Below are positions 8,247-18,217 of a DNA stretch of 64,000 nt, in pieces. Every line of letters begins with the position of its first letter. Position 1 is the stretch's first letter. The notes beneath the pieces were generated by a model. The model was not told where the DNA came from, did no database searches, and worked only from the letters and a program-made list of their open reading frames with translations. The stretch lies in assembly GCA_016188065.1 (NCBI GenBank), contig JACPIN010000002.1, positions 5,758 to 69,757 of the forward strand. The letters are read 5' to 3'. The DNA is from Candidatus Woesearchaeota archaeon (GTDB lineage Archaea; Nanobdellota; Nanobdellia; SCGC-AAA011-G17; ARS1403). The position numbers and the translations under genes were made by a program.

Positions 8247-9155
8247 ATGGAATTAAATAGGACAACCCATAAGATACTGAAAGCGTTATTGGAAAATCCA
8301 TTACATGAATTCAAGGAAATAGAGCTGATAAATAAATCACTGGTAGGAAAGGGCTCAGCGAGCCATGCGATAAGCGGCCTAATTAGGAATAAAGTCTTAA
8401 CAGAAAAGAGGGTAGGGAAGGCTAAAATTCTTTCTCTAAATTTACAAAGCCAATCTTTTTTCTTATTGAAGAGTTTATTTGATCAGGAAAAATTATTGCA
8501 GATGGACAAAAATAGATTATCCCCACTTTTATTTTTCAAAGATTTAATCAAAAAAGACATTCAGCTTTTAGCCGTTTTCGGTTCTACTATAGCAGGAACA
8601 TCAACAGAAGAAAGTGACATAGATGTTTTGATTGTCACAAATAATCCTGAGAAAGTAAGCAAAGAAAGGAAAAAGGCAGAGGAAATATTTGGGCAAAAAT
8701 TCAATTTGCATATTTATACTGAAAAAGAAGTAAGAAATAAATTAAAAGAAGATCATTTTATAATAAACGCTTTATTAAAAGGAATTTTAATCTACGGCTA
8801 TGATTTAACTAAAGAGTTATTCTCAGAGATTAATAAAGGAAAAATTGACCTTCAAAGATTATTTTTCTTTAATGAGAGAATAAATTCAGCAGAGAAAAAT
8901 TATCTTAATAAAGATAACAGCGCTGCTCAGGAGATCATAGAAAAAACATTAGAGCAAATAATATTTTACTTGTTATCCGAAAAAAATATCAGTTATGCAA
9001 GCAAAACAGATGCTAGGAATCTCATAAATAAGCATTCAGAGGGAAAGGCAATAACAAAGATAAGGAAATCATCACTAAGAGAAAAAATCGCTTTAAGTAG
9101 AGGATTAATAATGAACATATTAAGAGATAAGATATTTGAAAAGGAGGGATTATGA
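8247..9155 (+). CDS. wHTH-MNT nucleotidyltransferase antitoxin, copy 1
   Basis: N-terminal wHTH; FGSTIAG...SDIDVL motif. Confidence 0.85.
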   Translation: MELNRTTHKILKALLENPLHEFKEIELINKSLVGKGSASHAISGLIRNKVLTEKRVGKAKILSLNLQSQSFFLLKSLFDQEKLLQMDKNRLSPLLFFKDLIKKDIQLLAVFGSTIAGTSTEESDIDVLIVTNNPEKVSKERKKAEEIFGQKFNLHIYTEKEVRNKLKEDHFIINALLKGILIYGYDLTKELFSEINKGKIDLQRLFFFNERINSAEKNYLNKDNSAAQEIIEKTLEQIIFYLLSEKNISYASKTDARNLINKHSEGKAITKIRKSSLREKIALSRGLIMNILRDKIFEKEGL

Positions 9156-9529
9156 ATAAGGAAATCAAAAAAGACATTGAAAGGGCAAAGCAGGCTTTAG
9201 AATCTGCTCAAAGAAACCTGAAAGAGGGAGATATATTAACGGCAGCAAACAGAAACTTTATCGCATGTGAAAATGCTATTTATGTATTGTTAAAATCAAA
9301 ATTTGGCTCAACTTCTATAAGCAGGATGAAAATTTTAACTAAACTAGAGGAAATAGATCCTAGTGCAAAAGAAGCATACGACAGTTCTTATGATTTAAGA
9401 GTTCAGGCAGACTACGGAAGAGAATCTAGGGCCATTCCATTAAACAAAGAAAGTCTTGAAAATTCTCTTGAAAGCGTAAATAATCTTGTAGAAAAAGCAA
9501 AAAAAGTATTGGAAAAAAATAAAGCCTAA
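9152..9529 (+). CDS. HEPN-domain protein, copy 1
   Basis: RAKQALESA...AANRNFIACENA...LRVQADY; coupled to MNT. Confidence 0.85.
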   Translation: MNKEIKKDIERAKQALESAQRNLKEGDILTAANRNFIACENAIYVLLKSKFGSTSISRMKILTKLEEIDPSAKEAYDSSYDLRVQADYGRESRAIPLNKESLENSLESVNNLVEKAKKVLEKNKA

Positions 9530-9683
9530 AACTTATTTCATCCATCCCTTCATTTCTTCAATTATTTTTAAGATAAATTAATTACCACCTGATTAAACAA
9601 TATTAATCATAATTAAGAGATCGCGTCTATTTTTAAAGTCTTTCATAGACTTGCAAAAATATAAAAGTAACTCCTTCCATCAA

Positions 9684-9971
9684 TCATAAAATCTTCTCAG
9701 CATTTCTCATAGCCATTTTAGCATCTTCCAAAGTCAGATTCAATTTCACATTATGCTCTTCTAATAGATCCAGAAAATCGCTCAAATTCATCCCTGCTAA
9801 TTTCGCCCCCAATCCCAGGCTTATCTTCTTATTTTTATAAAGGTTTATGGATTTCATCTTTTTTCCATCTTCTAAAAGGTCTCTAACCAGTCCAGATCTG
9901 TTTTCATGAAGTATCTTCCCAAAATAATCCAACTCCTCAATTTTATCCAATCTTATTGAAATTGTCTCCAT
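9684..9971 (-). CDS. UPF0175-family antitoxin
   Basis: LYKNKKISLGLGAKLAGMNLSDFLDLL. Confidence 0.8.
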   Translation of the reverse strand: METISIRLDKIEELDYFGKILHENRSGLVRDLLEDGKKMKSINLYKNKKISLGLGAKLAGMNLSDFLDLLEEHNVKLNLTLEDAKMAMRNAEKIL

Positions 9972-9972
9972 T

Positions 9973-10458
9973 TTATTTCACCTCCGATTTAAAATAATGA
10001 TATATATCTTTCGAATATCTGCCATACCCGTACAATCCATCCAACTTCTCAATAGTTTCATCTTTTGTCAACTTTTTCTTTTTAAATAATTTGACAGCAA
10101 TAGCCATTGCAGCAGCAAAGGGAATATTTTCTATCTTGCACAGTTTAATTAATTCTCCATCATCAGTCAATATTAATTTCCCGTTTTCCTTTTTATATAA
10201 TGCATAAGCTGCAGCTTCCCCCTCACCTAATTTAAATTCTCTAAGCGCATCTTCGTAATCTTTTTTGTTAACATCCAAAACTTTAATTCTTTTTTCTTCA
10301 ACCTTCTTTTTAATCAATAAAACTTCAAATGAGTCTTTCCTTTTTATTTCATCATAAACGATTTTTGGAATTACTATTTCTTTTGCATCATCTAATAAGA
10401 TAGTTAGTATGCTGACCTTCCCTAGCAAGATCAAGGTTGATGTATTTGAAACAATCAT
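9973..10458 (-). CDS. PIN-domain protein (DUF3368-like)
   Basis: MIVSNTSTLI, LGEGEAAA, ILTDD; start set at ATG 10458. Confidence 0.8.
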   Translation of the reverse strand: MIVSNTSTLILLGKVSILTILLDDAKEIVIPKIVYDEIKRKDSFEVLLIKKKVEEKRIKVLDVNKKDYEDALREFKLGEGEAAAYALYKKENGKLILTDDGELIKLCKIENIPFAAAMAIAVKLFKKKKLTKDETIEKLDGLYGYGRYSKDIYHYFKSEVK

Positions 10459-10610
10459 TATTACGTTTGTAAACATATGCAATATATAAATCTTTCTACT
10501 AAATACTAAATTAACAGAAGAAAAATCCAAGTCATTTCATCTACATCTTCATTTCTTCAATTGTTTTTAAGATAAATTAATTACCCAGAAAGAGATAAGA
10601 ACCGTAGTTT

Positions 10611-10674
10611 TACATCTCCCTAAAATCAGGGAATAAAGTCTAAAAATAGGGAATATTCCCTAAAATCAGGGAAA
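10611..10674 (+). promoter_or_regulatory. 64-bp promoter/operator, copy 2
   Basis: Identical to 8151-8214. Confidence 0.75.
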
Positions 10675-10706
10675 AGCTTATATACCCAGGCTTGTTAAAC
10701 TTTATT

Positions 10707-11630
10707 ATGGAACTTAGCAAGATTTCAGTAAAGATATTGAGGGCGTTGCTGGAAGCTCCTCTCCACGATTTTAAAGAAATAGAACTGATAAACAAAGCAA
10801 AGGTTGGAAAAGGATCAGCAAGTGACTCAATCAACAGATTAGTTGAAAGCAATGTTCTTAAAGAAAAAAGAATAGGGAAAGCTAAGATTATCTCATTAAA
10901 TTTAAAGAGTCAATCTCTATTCTTATTGAAAGGGCTTTTTGATGCTGAAAGGCTTTCACATCTGGAAAAAAACAAGCTGACCTCAATTATCTTATTCAAG
11001 AGATTAATTAAAAGGTATACAGAGTTTTTACTTGTTTTTGGTTCTACTGTCGCAGGGACATATTCAAAAGAAAGCGATATCGACCTTCTTGTAGTGACCA
11101 AAGATCTAAATAAGGTAAAGGCAGAAAGAAAGAACGTTGAAGAGCTATTTGGAGAAAGATTTAATCTTCATGTTTATACAGAAGAAGAAATAAGAAAGAA
11201 TCTCAAAGCAGAGGGATTCCTAAGAAATTCCTTATTAAACGGAATTTTAATTTATGGGGAAGACTTAGGCATGGAGTTATTGTCAAGTATGGGCATTGAG
11301 GAAAATATCGACATTCAAAGGCTTATCTTTTTAAATGAAAGGGTAAGCTCAGCGCGCAAAAACTATCTTAATCAAGATAGCAAAGCTGCTTCAGAAATAT
11401 TAGAAAAAACACTTGAACAAATAATATTCTATTTATTGTCAAGAAAGGGGATTAGTTATACAACCAAGAAAGATGCAAAAAAATTGGTTAAAAAAACAGC
11501 CGAGGGCAGATTAATAGAAAGAATAGAAAATGCCTCTTTAAAAGATAAAATTCATTTAGGCAGCGAATTAATTTTAAATATCTTAAAAGAAGAAATCTTA
11601 AAGGATGAAGGCTATGAAAGAAAGGATTGA
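10707..11630 (+). CDS. wHTH-MNT nucleotidyltransferase antitoxin, copy 2
   Basis: Paralogue of 8247-9155; FGSTVAG...SDIDLL. Confidence 0.85.
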   Translation: MELSKISVKILRALLEAPLHDFKEIELINKAKVGKGSASDSINRLVESNVLKEKRIGKAKIISLNLKSQSLFLLKGLFDAERLSHLEKNKLTSIILFKRLIKRYTEFLLVFGSTVAGTYSKESDIDLLVVTKDLNKVKAERKNVEELFGERFNLHVYTEEEIRKNLKAEGFLRNSLLNGILIYGEDLGMELLSSMGIEENIDIQRLIFLNERVSSARKNYLNQDSKAASEILEKTLEQIIFYLLSRKGISYTTKKDAKKLVKKTAEGRLIERIENASLKDKIHLGSELILNILKEEILKDEGYERKD

Positions 11631-11994
11631 TGAAGATCTTAAGAGGGCTAGGCAGGCATTGGAATCAGCTGAGAGAAACTTAAAGGAAAATGACTTGCTT
11701 ACTGCAGCTAATAGAAACTTTATTGCATGTGAAAATGCTATTTATGTATTATTAAAATCAAAATTTGGTTCTAGCACTATAAGCAGGATGAAAATTCTAA
11801 CAAGGTTGAGGGAAGTCTCTTCTAAAGCAAAAGAAACATACGATAGCGCATATGATCTAAGAGTTCAAGCAGATTATGGGCGGAAAGCAAGATTGTTTCC
11901 ATTAAATCAGGAAAATTTAGAAAAATCAATAAGGGAAGTAAAGGAGATTGTTGAAAAGGCATCTGAAATTATTAATAAAAAGTTTATTTTATAA
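11614..11994 (+). CDS. HEPN-domain protein, copy 2
   Basis: Paralogue of 9152-9529; LRVQADY. Confidence 0.85.
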   Translation: MKERIDEDLKRARQALESAERNLKENDLLTAANRNFIACENAIYVLLKSKFGSSTISRMKILTRLREVSSKAKETYDSAYDLRVQADYGRKARLFPLNQENLEKSIREVKEIVEKASEIINKKFIL

Positions 11995-12028
11995 GCAAGT
12001 TAATTACTGCTAAAGCATTTATATATTA

Positions 12029-12322
12029 ATGCATAGTATAAGTACAAATATGACAGGTATAACTATCTCCATTAAAAAAGAAGCATATGATTTTTTGAAG
12101 AGTTTTAAGACAAAAGGCAAGAGTTTTTCAGATGTAATTTTGGAATTAAAGGAGAATAAATATAAGAAAGGAAGTGCAAAAAGTCTTTTGAAATTTGCCG
12201 GCGCATTAAAAGATTTAAATATTGATTGGGAGGAAAAAGAGAGAAGAATGAATAAGTTTAGAAAGGATTTTGATAAAAGAATAGAAAAGACTATAAAATA
12301 TATGGAGAAGTCCAGGAAATGA
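12029..12322 (+). CDS. VapB-family antitoxin
   Basis: TISIKKEAYDFLKSFK...SFSDVI...LLKFAGAL; start may be 12049. Confidence 0.8.
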   Translation: MHSISTNMTGITISIKKEAYDFLKSFKTKGKSFSDVILELKENKYKKGSAKSLLKFAGALKDLNIDWEEKERRMNKFRKDFDKRIEKTIKYMEKSRK

Positions 12323-12438
12323 TTGGACCGGTACCAGTGCATTGGCAGATTTGCTTATCAAAAGGAATTAATAAAATATTAACAAGAAATAAGAAACACT
12401 TTGAAAATATTCAGGGATTAGAAATTATAGGATATTAG
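12319..12438 (+). pseudogene. VapC toxin remnant (internal deletion)
   Basis: 39-aa ORF keeping only the PIN C-terminus ILTRNKKHFENIQGLEIIGY; overlaps vapB stop. Confidence 0.7.
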
Positions 12439-12946
12439 AGCTGCAGTTTCCTTCCGCTCTTGCTCTTGCGTCATACTCTTCAAATCTCATGATGTTTTTA
12501 GGATACCATAGTTCTGTGCTTTTTCTGCATTTCTTTGGAGACCATGGATGGGAATTTATTTTCTCAACAAGCTCGTAAATGTAGCCGTTTTTTCTATAGT
12601 CTAATGCCCCCTGATCCATTCTTATATTTCCAACCTCTGCCTGTCTTCTAAGATAGCTTTCACTTGTTTTCCATCTTCCATTACTTGTCATTAAAAGAAC
12701 CCTCTTGCCAGGCAATATTTTATCAGGGTCCTCGCCTAGCTTTACTTCTAATGGGCTGAACATTACAATGCTTCCGTTTTCATCAATGTGTCCATTCCAA
12801 ACCTCTTTTTCATCTTCATAAAAATAAAACAAGAAAGTATCTCTCCGCCCATTGTCAGTTACCTTGTATCTGCTTTCTATTTTAGCCTTATAAGGTGCAC
12901 AGTTTCTGCCATTTCTAGGACCAAAATATGTATGCCTTGCTGTCAT
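12425..12946 (-). CDS. hypothetical protein
   Basis: 173-aa ORF, no recognised motif. Confidence 0.55.
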   Translation of the reverse strand: MTARHTYFGPRNGRNCAPYKAKIESRYKVTDNGRRDTFLFYFYEDEKEVWNGHIDENGSIVMFSPLEVKLGEDPDKILPGKRVLLMTSNGRWKTSESYLRRQAEVGNIRMDQGALDYRKNGYIYELVEKINSHPWSPKKCRKSTELWYPKNIMRFEEYDARARAEGNCSSNIL

Positions 12947-12971
12947 TATTATATAACCACAAAATTAGTTT

Positions 12972-13229
12972 TTACTTAGCATCTCTCTGCTCAATTTTCT
13001 TGGCCTCGTTAATTGCAAGCCTTGAAAGGCTCACAGTATCTCCCATATCATTTGTATTAGTCATATAGGCATTTTCTCTTCTTGTTTTAATATTATTTTC
13101 CCACCTATCATGCCTTGCTCTGAAATCTATCTCCTTATTGTATCCATCTTCATAATTTGAAGGAATCGGACTAGCAGAAAAGAATCCTGTTTCATGAACA
13201 ACCTTAACCCCGTTTATTATGTACTCCAT
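12972..13229 (-). CDS. hypothetical protein
   Basis: 85-aa ORF in a co-oriented run. Confidence 0.55.
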   Translation of the reverse strand: MEYIINGVKVVHETGFFSASPIPSNYEDGYNKEIDFRARHDRWENNIKTRRENAYMTNTNDMGDTVSLSRLAINEAKKIEQRDAK

Positions 13230-13265
13230 TTTGATCTCTAAAATTAAAGCTAATTATTTATAAAG

Positions 13266-14099
13266 TTATTTCCCGCCAAATTTTCCTATAACTTTTCTTC
13301 CATCCTCTAATTTATCCCAGACAACGTTGAAGAAATTGCCTAAAGCATTTGCAAAATAAGGCGATTCAATCCATACAGCAGCGTCATATTCAGGATGAAC
13401 TTCCTTGTCGTTCATCAGCATAAATAGGATTTTCTTATTATCAACAATTATGAATCTGGAATTTATTCTCTGCGTATTTCTTATCTCAGAAAATCTTGAA
13501 AGCTCTTTCACAACATCGCTGTTCTCTTTTGTAATCGGAGCTACAATCTTCACACTTATCTTTTTCTGGCTCAAGTTTTTCAAATTCTTTCTAAAGCATC
13601 CAGCCTTTCTCGACAAGCCGTCGGCAGTAGTGATTAAAAGAACATCCTTCTGGGCTTCACTTAACAAATAACTTATATGATCATTTATATTTTCCCTCCC
13701 CTTAATAGCTCCGGATAAATCAGTAACATCAACTAAGTTTATTCCATTATCGAATAATAGTTTAAGCTCGTCAAATAATTTAGTCCCTCGAACCTCTTCT
13801 AATTTCAGTAATTTATTATCAGCATGTTCTTTAATATTCTTTTTAACTCTTCTTATTACCTCTTCTGGCTTGACAGCTAAATACTTTATCGGCTTTCCTA
13901 GTTTCATGATGACAAACCCTTTCTTTTCAAGTATTTCAAGAACATCATAGCTTCTGCTTCTTGGTACTCCGCTTATATCTGCCATCTCGCCGGCAGTCGA
14001 AATCCCCCTGCTCAATAAAGCAGTCCAAATCTTGACTTCATAAATATTAAGATTAAATGCCTGCCTTAATTTCGCCAAAAAAGAATCTTTAACTATCAT
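13266..14099 (-). CDS. TrmB-family transcriptional regulator
   Basis: LNIYEVKIWTALL...SGVPRSRSYDVLEILEKKGF wHTH plus PLD-like C-terminal domain. Confidence 0.9.
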   Translation of the reverse strand: MIVKDSFLAKLRQAFNLNIYEVKIWTALLSRGISTAGEMADISGVPRSRSYDVLEILEKKGFVIMKLGKPIKYLAVKPEEVIRRVKKNIKEHADNKLLKLEEVRGTKLFDELKLLFDNGINLVDVTDLSGAIKGRENINDHISYLLSEAQKDVLLITTADGLSRKAGCFRKNLKNLSQKKISVKIVAPITKENSDVVKELSRFSEIRNTQRINSRFIIVDNKKILFMLMNDKEVHPEYDAAVWIESPYFANALGNFFNVVWDKLEDGRKVIGKFGGK

Positions 14100-14548
14100 T
14101 TTAAATTCAGCCTCTCTAATTCTTTTCTCTTTCTTATTATGTCTATATTAATTGATACAATTGAAGCCATAATTGAAGCCAGAGCTATTGATCCAAAAAT
14201 CGTCGATTGATATATTGCCCTATCTATTCTTGTAGATTTTAATTTTTCATAGCTTAACAGTTTCCTTTCTAATTCTGGTGTTTGTAAACTGGCTAATTCA
14301 GTCTTTATTTCTAAGGCATGATTCAAAATTGAATCCAAAGATCCTGGAGTAATAAACTCATCTAGTGTAATATCCAGAGGTTTATTTAACTCCATTTTAA
14401 GATTATAACATCTTTGAATTTCTTGAGGTACAGGATTTTGCGTATATCTTATCGCATCTATCATTCCTGCAACCCCAATAGAGGATACAACCAATCCTGC
14501 AGTAAACAACTTATTATTCCTAATCCAATCATAAAATCTATTTGTCAT
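14096..14548 (-). CDS. membrane protein (2 TM)
   Basis: Two hydrophobic segments; start probably MTNRFY. Confidence 0.6.
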   Translation of the reverse strand: MTNRFYDWIRNNKLFTAGLVVSSIGVAGMIDAIRYTQNPVPQEIQRCYNLKMELNKPLDITLDEFITPGSLDSILNHALEIKTELASLQTPELERKLLSYEKLKSTRIDRAIYQSTIFGSIALASIMASIVSINIDIIRKRKELERLNLK

Positions 14549-14555
14549 TTTATTT

Positions 14556-15344
14556 TTACTCCATAATTGATTTGTCAATCATTAATTCTTTTGCTCTTTT
14601 TTCTACTGCATCATACGGAATTTTATTTTGAACAAATTTAATAACATCATCTGCATCAATTCTTACTCCATAAAGTTCATTTAATTCAGCATATCTGTTT
14701 GCTGTTCTTGGGCTAATATTTTCTCTCTTATGCAAAGCAATTATCTCATCGCCAGAAAATGTTCCATGATATTTATTTGCAGTTTCTGGAAGAACCTTAT
14801 TTGCATAAAGGTCTACTCTGTCTGTAACAGAAAATCTGCCATCATATTTAAGTGCAGTTTTATTTTCTAAGTCAGCATTATATGCGGCTACTATATCTCT
14901 AGCATGGTCAAAAAGTTCATTGTCATAACTATTAGCAGTCTCTGGACTTATTGCATTGCGGTAAAGTATACCCATATCGGAATCATCGAATCTATTATCA
15001 TAAGCATTTGCAATTTCTGGAACAATTCCATAATGATCTAAATAAACTATGTCTCCAACATTAAATCTTTTATTATATCTATTAGCAACACCCGGCATTA
15101 CCCCTTCCTGAAATAAAATTGCAATATCTTCAATATCTGGTAAAAACCTTTTATCATATGCTTTAGCACTATCAATATTTACACCTTTTGCCGTTAACAA
15201 ATCAAGAGGATATTCCATTGATTTCTCCTCTCTCATCGCCTTTGCCGTAGTTTTATTAGGATTCTCCTCGTTAGTACATCCAACTAATCCAGAACCAATA
15301 CCCAAAGCCAATACAGGCACCATTAATCTATTTACTAATGTCAT
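14556..15344 (-). CDS. secreted/lipoprotein with ~25-aa tandem repeats
   Basis: Signal ending LVGC; repeated PE.AN.Y..RF...DI..L units. Confidence 0.65.
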   Translation of the reverse strand: MTLVNRLMVPVLALGIGSGLVGCTNEENPNKTTAKAMREEKSMEYPLDLLTAKGVNIDSAKAYDKRFLPDIEDIAILFQEGVMPGVANRYNKRFNVGDIVYLDHYGIVPEIANAYDNRFDDSDMGILYRNAISPETANSYDNELFDHARDIVAAYNADLENKTALKYDGRFSVTDRVDLYANKVLPETANKYHGTFSGDEIIALHKRENISPRTANRYAELNELYGVRIDADDVIKFVQNKIPYDAVEKRAKELMIDKSIME

Positions 15345-15459
15345 CTTGCTATTAATATCAATAAAACCCCTTTATAAATCTTTCTATTTTCTACTACTTA
15401 AGAATAATAACAAATAATAAACTTCTTCCCTACAAGCTAAGAAATTGAATGTAGGAGAA

Positions 15460-15500
15460 ACTTACCCCTTGAAATCTGAATTTTAAATTTAGGGGTAAAA
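15460..15500 (+). repeat. TTACCCCT...AGGGGTAA palindromic element upstream of fic (second copy 16535-16575)
   Basis: Two near-identical copies bracket the Fic gene. Confidence 0.7.
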
Positions 15501-15530
15501 TTTATAAATGGATTAGATCATCGAAATATT

Positions 15531-16535
15531 ATGGTATATATCTATAAAAAAATAATCCATGGAAAATCATATTATTACTTAAGAATATCAAGAAAGATAA
15601 AGGAAAAGTTTGTCATTAAAGATATAGCTTATTTGGGCAATGATATCTCTGGTCTGCAGAAAAAATTAGAGAATCTTTCTGATTATAAGAAAGAAATAAG
15701 GGGATCTTATAGAAAAATCAAGAATTTTATAGAATCTGAGCATTATCTCATTAAAATCAAGGAGAAAAAATTAAAGGAGGATCCATATCTTGAAAAAAAT
15801 CTGCTTGAAGAAATAGAAGCAATAAAGCTGCATTATACTATTGATTTTTTAAGGCTGGATGAGAAAACAAAGCAGGATATTTATAAAGCATTCTTAATAG
15901 ATTTTGCTTTTAACACAACTTCAATTGAGGGAAATACAATTACCTTAAAAGAAGCAGAGAGATTGCTAAATGAAAATTTAACTCCGAAAAACAGGACTTT
16001 AAGAGAGATTTATGATTTGCAAAATACTGAAAAGGTTTTTTTTGAAATTCTGAATACAAAGAAAGATCTTGATCATGAGTTCATTGTTTTTATCCATGAC
16101 AGCCTTCTAGATAATGTTGATGTAAGAAAAGGTTACAGAACAAGAGATATAAGGGTGTTTAAATCAAGATTTGATGCATCTCCAGGGCAATATGTAAAGG
16201 TAGATATGGATCTATTGCTTAAGTGGTATAAAGAAAATAAGAAAAAATTTCATCCATTTGTATTGGCTGGAATCTTTCATCACAAATTTGAAAAAATACA
16301 TCCCTTTTTTGATGGGAATGGAAGAACAGGAAGGATGTTAATGATTTACATACTACTTACTAATAATTTTCCTCCCCTCTTCATCAGAAAATCTAGAAGG
16401 GGAAAATATTTGGATGCCATGGCTAATGCGGACTCCTCAAATCTTAAAGAATCTAGCCCGGAGAACTACGAAGGAATTATCTCTTATTTAGCTGAGGAAA
16501 TGATTAATAGCTACTGGAATAACTTCCTGGTTTGA
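15531..16535 (+). CDS. Fic-family protein
   Basis: HPFFDGNGRTGR catalytic motif; TSIEGN inhibitory motif. Confidence 0.92.
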   Translation: MVYIYKKIIHGKSYYYLRISRKIKEKFVIKDIAYLGNDISGLQKKLENLSDYKKEIRGSYRKIKNFIESEHYLIKIKEKKLKEDPYLEKNLLEEIEAIKLHYTIDFLRLDEKTKQDIYKAFLIDFAFNTTSIEGNTITLKEAERLLNENLTPKNRTLREIYDLQNTEKVFFEILNTKKDLDHEFIVFIHDSLLDNVDVRKGYRTRDIRVFKSRFDASPGQYVKVDMDLLLKWYKENKKKFHPFVLAGIFHHKFEKIHPFFDGNGRTGRMLMIYILLTNNFPPLFIRKSRRGKYLDAMANADSSNLKESSPENYEGIISYLAEEMINSYWNNFLV

Positions 16536-16628
16536 CTTACCCCTTGAAAATCAATTTAGAAATTTAGGGGTAAAACAAAAATATTTATATAACTCACCGT
16601 ATTCTTGATTATAATCGAGGTGATATAA

Positions 16629-16994
16629 TTGCCACAGCCCAAGAAAATAGAGAAAGCAGAAAAGACATCAGAAAGCAAGTCTTCTTCATTCCAGCAGCAA
16701 CTGATAGATTCTAATATAAAATTGCAGCAGAAATTAATTGAATTAATTGAAAGCAATAAAGAGGTTTCAAAGAGCATGGCATCAACGTCAAAAGAGATTC
16801 AGTCAATGACCGACTTTTTCAAGGAAGCAGGCAAATACATGGTGGCAGAAACAGAAGATGAGAAGCTAAAGCCGCTATTGAATAAGATCTCGGATTTAGT
16901 AGAGCAGAACAAGACAATTATGCGAGGATTGATCCTAGTTCAGAAATACATTAAGGCATCACAGCCAATGCATAAGGATATCTTCTCAGAATAA
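16629..16994 (+). CDS. coiled-coil hypothetical protein
   Basis: 121-aa ORF, TTG start after GAGGTG. Confidence 0.6.
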   Translation: MPQPKKIEKAEKTSESKSSSFQQQLIDSNIKLQQKLIELIESNKEVSKSMASTSKEIQSMTDFFKEAGKYMVAETEDEKLKPLLNKISDLVEQNKTIMRGLILVQKYIKASQPMHKDIFSE

Positions 16995-17920
16995 TGCCAA
17001 TTCATTTTCTATCCCCAAATCCAGAGCAAAAAGAAGCGTTTGATGAGCTGGAAAAACTGCTGGGGATTCTTGATCAAAAGCCAAGCAAGGATTTAATTAG
17101 AAATGCAAGGTTTATTCGGAAGTTCACAAAAGCAATGTTGTTGGCAGGAAAAAAATCTTCTCCATCATCAAGATTCAAAACACAATATCTGAAGAGGGGG
17201 CAAGCATCTCCTATAATCATGGAAAGAAAAGTCATACCTGAAAAGCCTCAGGCCCAGCCGCAAAAAATTCCTGCCGTGCAGTCCATGCCGCTTCCACCGC
17301 CTCCGCCCTCTCCTGCGCCTATGCTATTTCAAGCAGAGCAAGGAATCAACATAAAGGGAGGAGGAAAAAGCTTCAATAGTTTCGTGCAGAAAGTTTCAAA
17401 AGAAGAAGGAATATTAAGATTCAGCATAATAGAGCCAGAAATGGAATCTGTCGACTGGAAAATCTTCAACGAAGTCAAGGCCAAGCTAAAGCAGCAGATA
17501 ATAAAAGACCCGGGGGTTTTGGACAAAGAAAGCTATCTCATCGATGAAATTAAGGATGTATGCAAGAAGATAAATGCAAAATATTCTGACAGTTATCTTA
17601 GAAAAATAAGATATTACCTTGTGAAGTACATAAAAGGATTTGGCAAGGTTGATCCATTAATTAAGGATCCAGATGTGTCTGAAATAATCTGCAGTTCTTA
17701 TAACAACATTAAAGTGAGGTATAAGAGCGAGCTGATTCCGACAAATATTCAATTTGATACAAATGAGGAGCTTGATAATTTCATTATAAACCTAGCTGAG
17801 AAATCGAATAAAAAAATCTCAGAAATTCAGCCTGATCTGCAGATGGTATTTAACAATCTAAAGATTTCAGCTTTCTACAACCCTATAATGGGCTCGAGAT
17901 TTACCATAGCAAAACAATGA
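16994..17920 (+). CDS. protein resembling the N-terminal domain of FlaI/VirB11 secretion ATPases, without the ATPase domain
   Basis: GFGKVDPLIKDPDVSEIIC...PTNIQF...ELDNFI; no Walker A; Pro-rich linker. Confidence 0.65.
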   Translation: MPIHFLSPNPEQKEAFDELEKLLGILDQKPSKDLIRNARFIRKFTKAMLLAGKKSSPSSRFKTQYLKRGQASPIIMERKVIPEKPQAQPQKIPAVQSMPLPPPPPSPAPMLFQAEQGINIKGGGKSFNSFVQKVSKEEGILRFSIIEPEMESVDWKIFNEVKAKLKQQIIKDPGVLDKESYLIDEIKDVCKKINAKYSDSYLRKIRYYLVKYIKGFGKVDPLIKDPDVSEIICSSYNNIKVRYKSELIPTNIQFDTNEELDNFIINLAEKSNKKISEIQPDLQMVFNNLKISAFYNPIMGSRFTIAKQ

Positions 17921-17966
17921 TTGCTTCACAATAAACTTTATAAAATCATTTTCAAGCAGAAGAATT

Positions 17967-18194
17967 ATGGCTATAGGTAAGGACGAGAACAGTCTTGTCT
18001 GGAAGGATAAAACCGGCACATACAAGCTGGGATACTCCCAAAAATTGATGCGGGAGCAGGTGAGATGGCAGAAAATAAATTTTGCAGGAAAGTGTGCCTT
18101 GATAGCAACCCTTTTAATTTTAATAGTTATAATCTTGTATGTTTTATATCAGCTTGACAGAATTAACTTTTTTACTGGTGTGCTATATAGATAG
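17967..18194 (+). CDS. small membrane protein
   Basis: One hydrophobic segment. Confidence 0.6.
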   Translation: MAIGKDENSLVWKDKTGTYKLGYSQKLMREQVRWQKINFAGKCALIATLLILIVIILYVLYQLDRINFFTGVLYR

Positions 18195-18217
18195 ATAAAA
18201 TTTAGATTATATTTATC

